Source of the DNA: Gammaproteobacteria bacterium
GTDB lineage: Bacteria; Pseudomonadota; Gammaproteobacteria; UBA6429; Thiohalophilaceae
NCBI GenBank assembly: GCA_024641475.1
Contig: JAHECZ010000002.1
Location: forward strand, 58,706-122,705
Length of the DNA: 64,000 bases
Direction: 5' to 3'
The translations under genes were made by a program, and so were the position numbers. Each line of letters begins with the position of its first letter. Position 1 is the first letter of the stretch. The notes beneath the pieces are model-generated. The model saw only the letters and a program-made list of their open reading frames with translations, had not been told where the DNA came from and did no database searches. Positions 20,004 to 28,827 of the stretch are shown piece after piece.

Positions 20004-20720
20004 TTATACCTGACAGGCCGGACATGCGCCGTGCGCCAATTTTTTTGGCCACGTGTTCCAGAGTGAAGCAGAGATCAACATAACCAAGCCAAGCCACATT
20101 AGCGGATCATTATCAAAATGGAATTTACTCAGTAATAAAACTCCACTTGCACCCGCACCTAAATAAAACGGCCCATAGCCACGGCGTTGTGCAGCGCGAT
20201 ACCACAAGGCGCTGAGTGCGATAACAACAAACAACAACATCGTCGGTAACATATAAGGCGTGTAATCGAAAAAACCCAGACCCAGACTCGATAACAAACC
20301 TGCGTAGGCTGGCCAACATGCCGGACAAAATAGTTTCGGCAGCAAGGCAATGCCGATTGTCGGTAACATACTCAAGTTCAAGCCAAAAAACTTTTTCCCG
20401 GTCACACCCGCACCCGTAGGCGTTTGCAGTGCCGCTACAATCGTTTCAATGGCGGGAACTCCGTTATTGGGTGAGGGGCTATTTGGATAAATCCGGCAAC
20501 TCATGTCATCGCTGTTAGGCAATGCACCCAGCAGATCCACACCGTTAATCAAAATTGTGGGAGAACCATAGCCATGAACATAGTCAGGCGCCTTGCTGTC
20601 ACTCACTTCCCATTCCTGCCAGGTTGGTACCAACTTCAGTCTATCGAATGCAGCCACCAGCTGCTCACGGGTAGGCTCGATATTGGGGCAGGTTTTCTCG
20701 TAAATAAATTCAACTTTCAT
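20004..20720 (-). CDS. MerC-like mercury-transport membrane protein fused to an N-terminal thioredoxin-like domain
   Basis: LFCPACWPAYAGLLSSLGLGFF resembles the Tn21 MerC first TM helix (GCAACFPALASFGAAIGLGFL, recalled). There are 4 TM helices, a C-terminal GACPACQV, and an N-terminal 90 aa with CP motif (EKTCPNI). It lies 4 nt downstream of merR. Confidence 0.65.
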   Translation of the reverse strand: MKVEFIYEKTCPNIEPTREQLVAAFDRLKLVPTWQEWEVSDSKAPDYVHGYGSPTILINGVDLLGALPNSDDMSCRIYPNSPSPNNGVPAIETIVAALQTPTGAGVTGKKFFGLNLSMLPTIGIALLPKLFCPACWPAYAGLLSSLGLGFFDYTPYMLPTMLLFVVIALSALWYRAAQRRGYGPFYLGAGASGVLLLSKFHFDNDPLMWLGLVMLISASLWNTWPKKLAHGACPACQV

Positions 20721-20724
20721 GGTT

Positions 20725-21135
20725 TTATTCCAGGGTTATATCCTCAAGTGCATCGAGGATCGGGCATTCACCTAACGTCCCTTCCAGTTCGCAGCGTGAT
20801 GCCAGTTTTTCCAAGGCCATGCGCATGCGTTGCAAATCCTTCAGCTTTTGATCAATGTCTGTCACTTTAGCGAGCGCCACACTACGGACCTGTGCGCAAC
20901 TGGTCTTGCGTGTTTGCCGCAGATTCAGCAAATCAGCAACTTCCCGTAACGCAAATCCCAATTCCTTGGCATGCTGGATAAATCGCACGCGGCGCACCAC
21001 GCCACTTTCATAACAGCGATAACCGGCGGCACTCCGCTGCGGCTTCAGCAATAATCCTTGTTTCTCATAAAATCGCAGGGTTTCGACACTCACCCCCGCT
21101 TGTTTGGCCACCTGACCAATTGAAAGTAGCGACAT
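20725..21135 (-). CDS. merR: MerR-family metal-responsive regulator with the Hg(II)-type three-cysteine pattern
   Basis: HTH LSIGQVAKQAGVSVETLRFYEKQGLL. The cysteines in KTSCAQV and SRCELEGTLGECPIL align with MerR C82, C117 and C126 (C-x8-C-P). The ATG at 21135 gives 136 aa. Confidence 0.85.
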   Translation of the reverse strand: MSLLSIGQVAKQAGVSVETLRFYEKQGLLLKPQRSAAGYRCYESGVVRRVRFIQHAKELGFALREVADLLNLRQTRKTSCAQVRSVALAKVTDIDQKLKDLQRMRMALEKLASRCELEGTLGECPILDALEDITLE

Positions 21136-21153
21136 GTCATTAATCTCAGTTGA

Positions 21154-21185
21154 AGGATAGACCCTGAAGTATAGTTCAGGGTCAA
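21154..21185 (-). promoter_or_regulatory. MerR-type promoter with a long spacer and dyad operator
   Basis: On the minus strand: -35 TTGACC (21180-21185), a 20-bp spacer and -10 TATCCT (21154-21159). A perfect dyad ACCCTGAA-GTATAG-TTCAGGGT (21161-21182) sits in the spacer. Confidence 0.6.
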
Positions 21186-21190
21186 GTGGA

Positions 21191-22195
21191 TTATTGGACA
21201 GTAGAGGGAATATTGGATTGTTGTTGCTGCCACCATTGGCGCCAGCGCTTGCTATCAAGCGACAGTTCGGCACCGGTAAGTTGCTGCAATGCTTCCAGTG
21301 CGGTGTCACGGACTCGATCGGAGGGATCATCAAGCGCATTAATCAGTGCGCTCATGGTGCGTGGATTGTAGTAATACACCAGCGCATTCGCGGCGTTAGC
21401 CCGTACCACTTCATCGCTATCGTGCAATCCTAGCAACAAGGTTTCAATCGCTTCACCATCACGCAAACGCCCAAGGGCGTACATAATGGCAGCACGTACA
21501 TCCACGTCTTCCTGTGGATAGCGTTGGATTAAAATTGGCACAACCAACACATCATTAATCTGGCCCAGTGCATAGACCATCCCCGCCCGCATGCCTGGTT
21601 TGGCAGCGGGCAAGGCATCGACAATGAGTTTTGCAGCTTGTGGGTGGCGGTAACTGCCCAGGGCGAGCGCAGCAAAGGCGCGTACCTGACGATCCGAGTC
21701 TTCCAGCAACGGTAATAGCTCTGGAATAGAACCTAATTCACCAATTTGCCCCAACGCCTTGGCTGCTAATTGCCGAACCACCGCTTTATCAGACCGTAAT
21801 GCGCGCTGTAATGCAGGTACGGCATCATGTCCGATTTTGACCAGGGACTGACAAGCTTCCTCTCCTGGTGTGGACGCATTTGACGAGTGATATCCACCGC
21901 CGAGATAACGCGACAACAATACTGGCGTATCGTCCTGGAGTAATTGCAGCAGCGCGGGAATCGCTGTTGCGGCAGTATCACCGAATTTGCCCAATTGATA
22001 AGCTGCCCAGGCACGCTCATTGGGATCGGCATCATTCAGGCGTACCATCTTATCCTGCAACATATAATCTGGTGCAACCGCATGCTGAGGCACGCGTGCA
22101 TCTGCAGACGCCAATGGCGCTTCAGTCAACACGTCCGCGCAACCATTTATCACGGCAAGGCTGGTTAACAGGAGTAACGCGAAGGTTTTCTGCAA
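21191..22195 (-). CDS. HEAT-repeat (PBS-lyase-type) lipoprotein
   Basis: Lipobox AVINGC and about 7 repeats of the pattern D.....VR..AA.ALG. Confidence 0.75.
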   Translation of the reverse strand: MQKTFALLLLTSLAVINGCADVLTEAPLASADARVPQHAVAPDYMLQDKMVRLNDADPNERAWAAYQLGKFGDTAATAIPALLQLLQDDTPVLLSRYLGGGYHSSNASTPGEEACQSLVKIGHDAVPALQRALRSDKAVVRQLAAKALGQIGELGSIPELLPLLEDSDRQVRAFAALALGSYRHPQAAKLIVDALPAAKPGMRAGMVYALGQINDVLVVPILIQRYPQEDVDVRAAIMYALGRLRDGEAIETLLLGLHDSDEVVRANAANALVYYYNPRTMSALINALDDPSDRVRDTALEALQQLTGAELSLDSKRWRQWWQQQQSNIPSTVQ

Positions 22196-22537
22196 TTTTC
22201 TCCCCGAATAGTTAGAGTGAATTAACGATCTACTTTACCTGATTTTCGACTACCTCAAATTTAATTCTGCACATCTGAATGCAGCGTCCACCGATGTACT
22301 GCATGTAAAACAGAGTATTTTTGCCTTGGTTGATATGGTCAAATAATCGCCACCTTAACAAAGAATTTACAATTCTTTACAAATAAGGCGTTGTATAACT
22401 AAGGATAAATATCTACTTTTAGTGTCAGGGTATCCATGGAATGTGGCCCTGAACCAGCCAACCTGGATTGTCACGGATGCCACCAGGTAATCCCCCTTTC
22501 CATGGGTGTAAATCACGATAACTAAGGAAGACTCGCT

Positions 22538-22966
22538 ATGACTATCTCTTCACGTGCACATTACGCAATCAAAGCCATGTTGAACCTGGCATTTCAGATA
22601 CCAAACCCGGTTTCATTGACTGCGCTGGCCAAAAAACTGGATATTTCACTGTCCTATCTCGAACAAATTTTTGCACTGTTACGACGCCATCATCTTGTCA
22701 AAGGTGTGCGCGGACCAGGCGGCGGCTATGTACTGGGCAAACCCACTGAGATCATTACCGTAGCAGACATTGTTACCGCCATTGACGTCAACCGTAAAAC
22801 AGCCGCGACAGCCAGCACCCAACCACAGACAGCAACAATGATGGCCTGGGGATTATTAGAGAATAAGATTTTCAACCATCTGGACGGGATTACGTTGGCA
22901 GCACTCCATGAAGAAACTGCTGAACGGATTAACGTTACCGACAGTTCGATACACGCTGCAGCCTAG
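22538..22966 (+). CDS. Rrf2-family transcriptional regulator (no Fe-S cysteine ligands)
   Basis: MTISSRAHYAIKAMLNLA...LSYLEQIFALLRRHHLVKGVRGPGGGYVL. It lacks the three-Cys cluster of IscR/NsrR. Confidence 0.85.
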   Translation: MTISSRAHYAIKAMLNLAFQIPNPVSLTALAKKLDISLSYLEQIFALLRRHHLVKGVRGPGGGYVLGKPTEIITVADIVTAIDVNRKTAATASTQPQTATMMAWGLLENKIFNHLDGITLAALHEETAERINVTDSSIHAAA

Positions 22967-22972
22967 TTCACA

Positions 22973-23010
22973 ACACTACCCGGGCCATGTCCGGGTAGTG
23001 TTTCTATATT
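22973..23010. terminator. Hairpin terminator between convergent genes
   Basis: An 11-bp perfect stem, ACACTACCCGG (22973-22983) pairing with CCGGGTAGTGT (22991-23001), then TTCTATATTT. Confidence 0.6.
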
Positions 23011-23489
23011 TAGCTTCCATTTAATACCGCTCCAAGCTGACGAACCAGTTGTTGTTTTTCGCTGTCATTCAAAAACGCACCAATTTCAATTTCACTCGCG
23101 CGGCCACGCAGTACAATCCGTGGTGGGTACCAGGGATGCGCAGAACGTACGACTTGCAGGCGTGTAAAAAAACGCTGGCTACGCCACACATGCTCCGGAG
23201 CATGTCTGCCTTGCTCGACCACGATATCCTGCTCTTCCAGTCGTATCACTTCCATACGCTGACAACGACGCGTCACCAGTAAAACCAGTCCAAATAACGC
23301 CAACACTTCCAGCCCGGCAAACGGCAGAATCAGCCAGGCACCCTGTAGTGCAAATCCAATCGCGACGCCCATTACCAGGGTTGCAAGCAAAGATAATAAA
23401 TACGAATTGATGCGCCAGTCCGGCGACAGATTCGGGCAAAGAATGATCTGCTGGCTCCTGGCAGAATCATCTGCATCGATTTGGATCAC
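23010..23489 (-). CDS. DUF2244-like two-TM membrane protein
   Basis: ILCPN.S motif, a two-TM hairpin (LLATLVMGVAIGFALQGAWLILPFAGLEVLALFGLVLL) and a C-terminal soluble domain ending IGAFLNDSEKQQL. Family name from memory. A 4-nt overlap links it to the upstream ATPase gene. Confidence 0.55.
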   Translation of the reverse strand: MIQIDADDSARSQQIILCPNLSPDWRINSYLLSLLATLVMGVAIGFALQGAWLILPFAGLEVLALFGLVLLVTRRCQRMEVIRLEEQDIVVEQGRHAPEHVWRSQRFFTRLQVVRSAHPWYPPRIVLRGRASEIEIGAFLNDSEKQQLVRQLGAVLNGS

Positions 23490-24283
23490 GCTGGCGGCTC
23501 CGGGGCCACTGTCAACAATTCGGCCGGATCAAATTGATTATAGAACTGCCGCGCAACCCGGCCATTGCGTGCACCACGTTCAATCGCGAACCGGTTGGCC
23601 AGAATATGCAAGCAGTGGCGGTCCCCGCTGAAATCGGTAAACAAGTGATCGATCATTTGCAGATAGGTTTGCTGCGGTACAGGGTAAAAACTCAGACACA
23701 ACCCAAATCGATCCGCAAGCGCAATTTTTTCTTCAATCGCTTCGCCGGGATGGATTTCACCATTTACAGGACGGGCGTCGAGATTCTCCCGTTCATATTC
23801 CGGAAGTAAATGTCGACGGTTGGACGTTGCATAGATCAGTACATTGGGTGGCGGCAATTCAATCGAGCCTTCCAGCACATGTTTGAGCGCTTTATATTGA
23901 CGTTCATCACTTTCAAAGGAGAGGTCATCGCAATAGATGATGAATCGATAGCTCAGATCACGAATGCCATCGACGATATCAGGCAGTTGCACCAGATCAT
24001 CACGATCAACTTCGATAAGGCGCAATCCTTGGTCACGATACGCATTGAAAATTGCTTTGACGAGGGAGGATTTGCCGGTGCCACGTGCACCCCATAACAA
24101 CGCATTATTCACTGGCTCGCCACGTAAAAATCGCTCGGTATTTCTGTTTAAGCGTGCAAGTTGCTCATCCACTCCGATGAGATCCGCCGCACTGATCGGA
24201 TCGGTATGCAAGATCGGGCGTAGCGCTTTCTGGCTGGCGCGCCAGATGGCAGCATGGATGTCTTTCCAGTCAAACGGGGTCAT
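23486..24283 (-). CDS. DUF815-type P-loop ATPase
   Basis: Walker A LLWGARGTGKSSLVKA and Walker B FIIYCDDLSF. The size and layout are typical of DUF815. Confidence 0.8.
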   Translation of the reverse strand: MTPFDWKDIHAAIWRASQKALRPILHTDPISAADLIGVDEQLARLNRNTERFLRGEPVNNALLWGARGTGKSSLVKAIFNAYRDQGLRLIEVDRDDLVQLPDIVDGIRDLSYRFIIYCDDLSFESDERQYKALKHVLEGSIELPPPNVLIYATSNRRHLLPEYERENLDARPVNGEIHPGEAIEEKIALADRFGLCLSFYPVPQQTYLQMIDHLFTDFSGDRHCLHILANRFAIERGARNGRVARQFYNQFDPAELLTVAPEPPA

Positions 24284-24337
24284 AGCTAATCATCGCATAC
24301 CATTCATAATCTGTGTAAGCGCTGCACAAACCAGTTA

Positions 24338-24763
24338 TCAGGTTACCCTGATGCGACGCCGGAGTTGGCAAAGATAGCGTGGCATTGCCCGACTGACAAA
24401 CCAGTTACGATCCCATGCTTGCCGTGTTAAATGATAACGCTGCTGCGACGGGATGGTATACGTACAGGCATCAAACGATTTACCCGCTGCATCACGGACA
24501 ACTACTTCGGTGCGCTGATAATAATCACTTTCATACTCATCCAGCCGTTGCAATGTACGCGGGCTTAGATCCCGATAGAGTACCCCATGCACTATGCCAT
24601 CTGGATCTACAACGATGCCGGGAAATGGGCGCCTTCTTACACGGTAACATTCGTAACCTTGCAATTGAACCGTCACTGATCGTGGCGCAAGCCCTGTGAC
24701 AGCCTGCATTATGGATGGATACATCAAGGTGCCATAACAAAATAAATTTGTGCGCAATTTCAT
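24338..24763 (-). CDS. Gamma-glutamylcyclotransferase (AIG2/GGCT-like) family protein
   Basis: N-terminal LFCYGTLM motif and a catalytic Glu context (LDEYESDYY). Confidence 0.7.
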   Translation of the reverse strand: MKLRTNLFCYGTLMYPSIMQAVTGLAPRSVTVQLQGYECYRVRRRPFPGIVVDPDGIVHGVLYRDLSPRTLQRLDEYESDYYQRTEVVVRDAAGKSFDACTYTIPSQQRYHLTRQAWDRNWFVSRAMPRYLCQLRRRIRVT

Positions 24764-24917
24764 GTAGCACTGTCAGGTGACTTACAAACCACGCATTCAT
24801 AGGCGTGTTGGCGTTGAATCAGCTGACTATGCGTAAACATTTCTGGTGTATGAAACGCCGAGTGACGTAAGACGCGAATCCGGATCGGAGTCATCAGAAC
24901 TTATTACTGTCAGCAGG

Positions 24918-25280
24918 CTAACGTTTCTTTTTGCGTGCCTGTTTGGCCCATTGTTTACGCAGAACGTCCATCGAATAGCGTTGTCCTTCGAATTCGTAGT
25001 CGATAAATACCAGCGCCACGCCATCGCGTGTCGTACGAACGACCTTCATATTAAAGGCAATTTGCGGATTGGAAGAATCGAGTAAGTGCATTTTGATATG
25101 TGCCCCCACCGGTAATTTCGGAACGGGGTAACATTCGACAAATGCGCCACTGTCAGAAAGATCCCGGGTCTTGGCCATAATGGAACCAATCGTGCCGTGC
25201 GCCAATTTGACGCGGGAATTGACCAAACGCCGGGAAAATCGCCGACGTTCTGCAGAGCCGGTTTCAGGTTGTGATGCCAT
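24918..25280 (-). CDS. PilZ-domain protein (paralog 1)
   Basis: c-di-GMP binding motifs RRRFSRR (RxxxR) and DLSDSGAF (D/NxSxxG). Confidence 0.75.
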   Translation of the reverse strand: MASQPETGSAERRRFSRRLVNSRVKLAHGTIGSIMAKTRDLSDSGAFVECYPVPKLPVGAHIKMHLLDSSNPQIAFNMKVVRTTRDGVALVFIDYEFEGQRYSMDVLRKQWAKQARKKKR

Positions 25281-25406
25281 TCATCTCCTCGCCTTACCGT
25301 GCCACATCCGCACGGCATTTCTACTGTAGCTAACTATAGCGCAAGCAAACTGATTTGACATTTACTACTACGCCAATCATTCGTACTATTCAAGCATCGT
25401 TTGCGC

Positions 25407-25778
25407 TTAACCGCGCGATTTAGACTCTGCAATGTCCGGCCGTGTCATTTTCCATTGACGTCGCAACTCTCCCAGCGTGTAACGCCGTCCCTGAATTTCA
25501 TAATCGACGAGGGAAATCGCAACGCCACGGGTACTGGTACGTATCACCCGTGCATTAAATAGAATATCGGGATTGGCAGAATCAAGCATATGGAGACCCA
25601 GATAGGCGCCGCGTGCAATAGGTGGTACAGGATTGAGATAGAGAAAAACACCGTTATTGGATATATCGCGAGAGTACCCTTCCAGGATACCAATGAAGTT
25701 ATTACTGATGCGTATGCGTGCCTGCACCGGGTGACGTGGATAACGACGACGTTCAACCAAATCAGCAACCATTAGCAA
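25407..25778 (-). CDS. PilZ-domain protein (paralog 2)
   Basis: Motifs RRRYPRH and DISNNGVF. It is collinear with paralog 1 along the whole length. Confidence 0.75.
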   Translation of the reverse strand: MLMVADLVERRRYPRHPVQARIRISNNFIGILEGYSRDISNNGVFLYLNPVPPIARGAYLGLHMLDSANPDILFNARVIRTSTRGVAISLVDYEIQGRRYTLGELRRQWKMTRPDIAESKSRG

Positions 25779-26001
25779 TCTGCTCCACCCCCTCTATTTA
25801 TTATCATCACGCGGTTCAACCTTGCGGTTAATTTTTAACCCGCGTGTCGGGATTTATTTTTATTATTTCAATGGATTATAACCAAGACCGCAATTTTTCC
25901 CAGTCTTTTTATTTGCGGATTTTGACGACATGCCAAGGGGACCTGCGCGCCGCAAATCAGACCAGCTGTATATTCCAAAATGCGATGAACCCTGGAGAAA
26001 A

Positions 26002-26295
26002 TTATAGAAAACGTACACCAACGCCATATTCTTGAAACTGTTCCTGGACGTAACAGACCTCTCCCGCCAGACCTAATTTACGCTGGATTCCATCCAGACC
26101 AACCAGACAGTCAAACTCCAGCACATCGCCGATGTTAAAAGGATCCTGGCTCACCAGGCCCAACCCACCCAGTGAATAATCGATAACATCCAGTGTGATG
26201 GATTGCCCATCGGCCGTATTTGCCTGAACACTGAGATTGTGAGTTACACGACGATGCTGACGCCGCTCATTGCTAGCAAGTGCTGATAGTGTCAT
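26002..26295 (-). CDS. PilZ-domain protein (short, divergent)
   Basis: Motifs RRQHRRV and DYSLGGLG. Confidence 0.7.
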   Translation of the reverse strand: MTLSALASNERRQHRRVTHNLSVQANTADGQSITLDVIDYSLGGLGLVSQDPFNIGDVLEFDCLVGLDGIQRKLGLAGEVCYVQEQFQEYGVGVRFL

Positions 26296-26428
26296 GAGTA
26301 AATCCTCCTGGGGGTCTACATCAATAACTAATCGTAAATGTTCGAAACGTCAATGGAGTTTACATTCTGTAACGTTTGCTGCGTCAGTTCATTAGAAAAA
26401 ACCGCTATACCTTGGTGGAAGGAGATCG

Positions 26429-26842
26429 TTAATCGGCGACTGGCGCTATGTGAACTTTATGTCGTTTACTATCGCCGATGGTAAGCATGATCTGATAGCC
26501 CACCGGCACATCAATGTTAAGGCTATCCTGCGTCAGGGTGCATTGCCCTCCCACCGCCGAGACATTTGCCTGCAATTGAGCTAAACCGTCATCCGCGATG
26601 TACTCCAGCTTGTCACGCAACACTTTCAAACAACCGCCATTACGTGATTGAGCGATACAATGGTACTCACCATTACCGTGAGTAATCGAAACTCGTTTGA
26701 TGTGGGGGTTGCTGGAGGCATTAAAATACACAAATCCGGCCCTCAAGCGATTGACAAGTTCCGTACAGAAATCAAGTCGCGGTATATTTTCGGCGTCACT
26801 GGGCTGGTTTTTTTTCTCGAGTAAATCAGACGACAACATCAT
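26429..26842 (-). CDS. Hypothetical cytoplasmic protein
   Basis: Clean ORF with no recognisable motif. The ATG at 26842 is preceded by GGGAGA, while the ORF-track start at 26854 is GTG. Confidence 0.5.
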   Translation of the reverse strand: MMLSSDLLEKKNQPSDAENIPRLDFCTELVNRLRAGFVYFNASSNPHIKRVSITHGNGEYHCIAQSRNGGCLKVLRDKLEYIADDGLAQLQANVSAVGGQCTLTQDSLNIDVPVGYQIMLTIGDSKRHKVHIAPVAD

Positions 26843-26894
26843 TTTCTCCCGCACCGCGCTCCAGCTCGAATTTTATTTACATTACAGTATATCG

Positions 26895-27209
26895 CTAGTT
26901 ACCAAAACGGCTATTCCCGGCAATGATCGGCATAAGGATCAAACCCACTAACGTTGCCAACAGAACATCGCGATCAATGCCTAAATGCTGGGCCATACCC
27001 GTGGGTAAATTAGCGCCAACCACACATAACACGGCCAGCAGTACCAACAGCAAATGCCGGTGTGCAACCAATCCGGCAATCACCATGGCGCTCAGTGTGG
27101 CCAGCAAAATATTCGGTGCCAGTCCCAAATGAATCAGCATTCCATCGGGTAAGTTAACGGCTAATGCCAGAAACAGTACCAAACTAACCAGGGCATATCT
27201 AAGCCACAT
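26895..27209 (-). CDS. Small 4-TM membrane protein with an internal duplication
   Basis: The two halves align: NLPDGMLIHLGLAPNILLATLSAMVIAGL versus NLPTGMAQHLGIDRDVLLATLVGLILMPI. RBS GGGAGG. Confidence 0.55.
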   Translation of the reverse strand: MWLRYALVSLVLFLALAVNLPDGMLIHLGLAPNILLATLSAMVIAGLVAHRHLLLVLLAVLCVVGANLPTGMAQHLGIDRDVLLATLVGLILMPIIAGNSRFGN

Positions 27210-27384
27210 CCAGCTTCGCCTCCCAGCGACTAAAACAGCTAATCCTTACAGCCTTGCAGGTCGCTATACGGGGCTTACCGTAAGCGCAAGCACAGGCCTC
27301 GGCTCTGAGCCAGATTCTAATCATTTTGAGCCTGTGCACGATATAGGATAAACACCCTATTGTGATCTGTTACCAGGAACCGCC

Positions 27385-28815
27385 ATGACCCGACCCGTCG
27401 CACTGACAGAATGGATACGCCGCATCAATGAAGAGGAAATGCCGGTCTTTGCCCATACTGCCCGCGCCATTGCCACGGCCTCCAAAGGTCTGGATACCCC
27501 CCTCGCGGACTTGGCCCATCTGATCCTGCAAGACAGCTCCATGACCGCCCGGGTCCTGCGCCTGGCCAATAGTGCCTATTACAACCCGGCTGGCAAGACG
27601 GTCAACACGATCAGTCGTGCCATCCTGTTCCTGGGCTTCGATGCGGTCCGCAGTATCGCGTTAACGATCGCGATTATCGATCCCCTGTTAAAAGGACTGC
27701 AGCACGAGCATGTGGTCCGGGAAATGGCTCGTGCTTTCCATGCGGCGATTCAGGCTAAATCGATTGCACAGGCCCGTGGTGTGGCCGACATTGAAGAAGT
27801 TTTCATTGCCGCATTGCTGTATCGGCTTGGCCATATGGCGTTTTGGTGTTTTCCCTTTGGTTTTGCGAAACAGCTGGATAACGCTTACCAGGAATCGGAT
27901 AACGCTGATGCTGCTGAAATCGGCATACTAGGGTTCCCGCTGTGGCACTTAACCCAAGGCCTGAATGATGAATGGCACCTCAGCGAACTGCTGGGCAAAA
28001 CATTACGCGCGCAAGGCAAAACTCCGCAAAGTCAGGACCTGCAGCAAGCTTATGATCTTGTGTTAGCTGTCGAGGAAGGCTGGGGCAGTCAGGCTACTCA
28101 GCGTGTCACCAAATCAATCTCGGATCGGATCAATTTCACTCTGGATGCCACCATCGAAATGATCCACAAGAATGCCTTTGAAGCAGTTCAGGTAACGCGC
28201 GAATTTGGTGTTGAGATCGCCGGCAAACATATTCCATTACCGGAAAAAGTATCGAGCGCAATTGCCCAGGATATTCCGACCAACCCATCAGAATCCGATT
28301 TACAACTGCAGCTGACTTTTCTGCGTGAGCTCACCACAATGTTGCACGAAAAAGTGGATATCAACGCCATCATCGGCACCGTCCTCGAAGGGGTGTCACG
28401 TGCGTTACGCATGGACCGTACCGTTATTGCCTTTCTTGCCGCAGACGACGGTCATCTCAAAGCCAAGTATCTGTTAGGTGATGAAAAAGGCAAATTCAAA
28501 CGATGTTTTGATTTCGCCGTTGGTAATCAGAATAATGATTTCCTCGGCTACATACTTGGCCAGAAAGAAGGTTGCTGGGTAAATAATAAAACCCGGATCC
28601 GACTCGAACCATTAATGTCGCAAGGTTTGCGTCAATGTTTAGGCGTGCTGGATTTTTTCATCTTGCCGATTCGCGTCAGTAACAAGGGACTCGGCGTGGT
28701 GTACGCCGATTGTAAATTCAGCGGTCGGCAACTCACCGAAGCCGAATATCAGACTTTTGTGCATTTCAGCGAACACATCAATATCGCTTTTGAATTGCTA
28801 AGCAAACAAAAATAA
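27385..28815 (+). CDS. HDOD-GAF two-domain signalling protein
   Basis: N-terminal HDOD (MPVFAHTARAI...LAHLILQDSSMTARVLRLANSAYYN) and a C-terminal GAF-like domain (MDRTVIAFL...LGVVYAD). Confidence 0.8.
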   Translation: MTRPVALTEWIRRINEEEMPVFAHTARAIATASKGLDTPLADLAHLILQDSSMTARVLRLANSAYYNPAGKTVNTISRAILFLGFDAVRSIALTIAIIDPLLKGLQHEHVVREMARAFHAAIQAKSIAQARGVADIEEVFIAALLYRLGHMAFWCFPFGFAKQLDNAYQESDNADAAEIGILGFPLWHLTQGLNDEWHLSELLGKTLRAQGKTPQSQDLQQAYDLVLAVEEGWGSQATQRVTKSISDRINFTLDATIEMIHKNAFEAVQVTREFGVEIAGKHIPLPEKVSSAIAQDIPTNPSESDLQLQLTFLRELTTMLHEKVDINAIIGTVLEGVSRALRMDRTVIAFLAADDGHLKAKYLLGDEKGKFKRCFDFAVGNQNNDFLGYILGQKEGCWVNNKTRIRLEPLMSQGLRQCLGVLDFFILPIRVSNKGLGVVYADCKFSGRQLTEAEYQTFVHFSEHINIAFELLSKQK

Positions 28816-28827
28816 AACAAGGCCGGA

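Noticed and set aside
20725-21339. The full 204-aa version of the MerR ORF, overlapping the HEAT-repeat gene.
   Set aside because: The MerR HTH begins right after the internal Met (MSLLSIGQVAKQAG). The upstream 68 codons cover the promoter/operator and the 3' end of the neighbouring gene.
25824-25870. A hairpin GCGGTTAA-TTT-TTAACCCGC followed by a T-rich run on the plus strand, upstream of PilZ paralog 2.
   Set aside because: It is terminator-like only in the plus orientation, where there is no gene to terminate. In the minus orientation there is no U-tract. Its function is undetermined.
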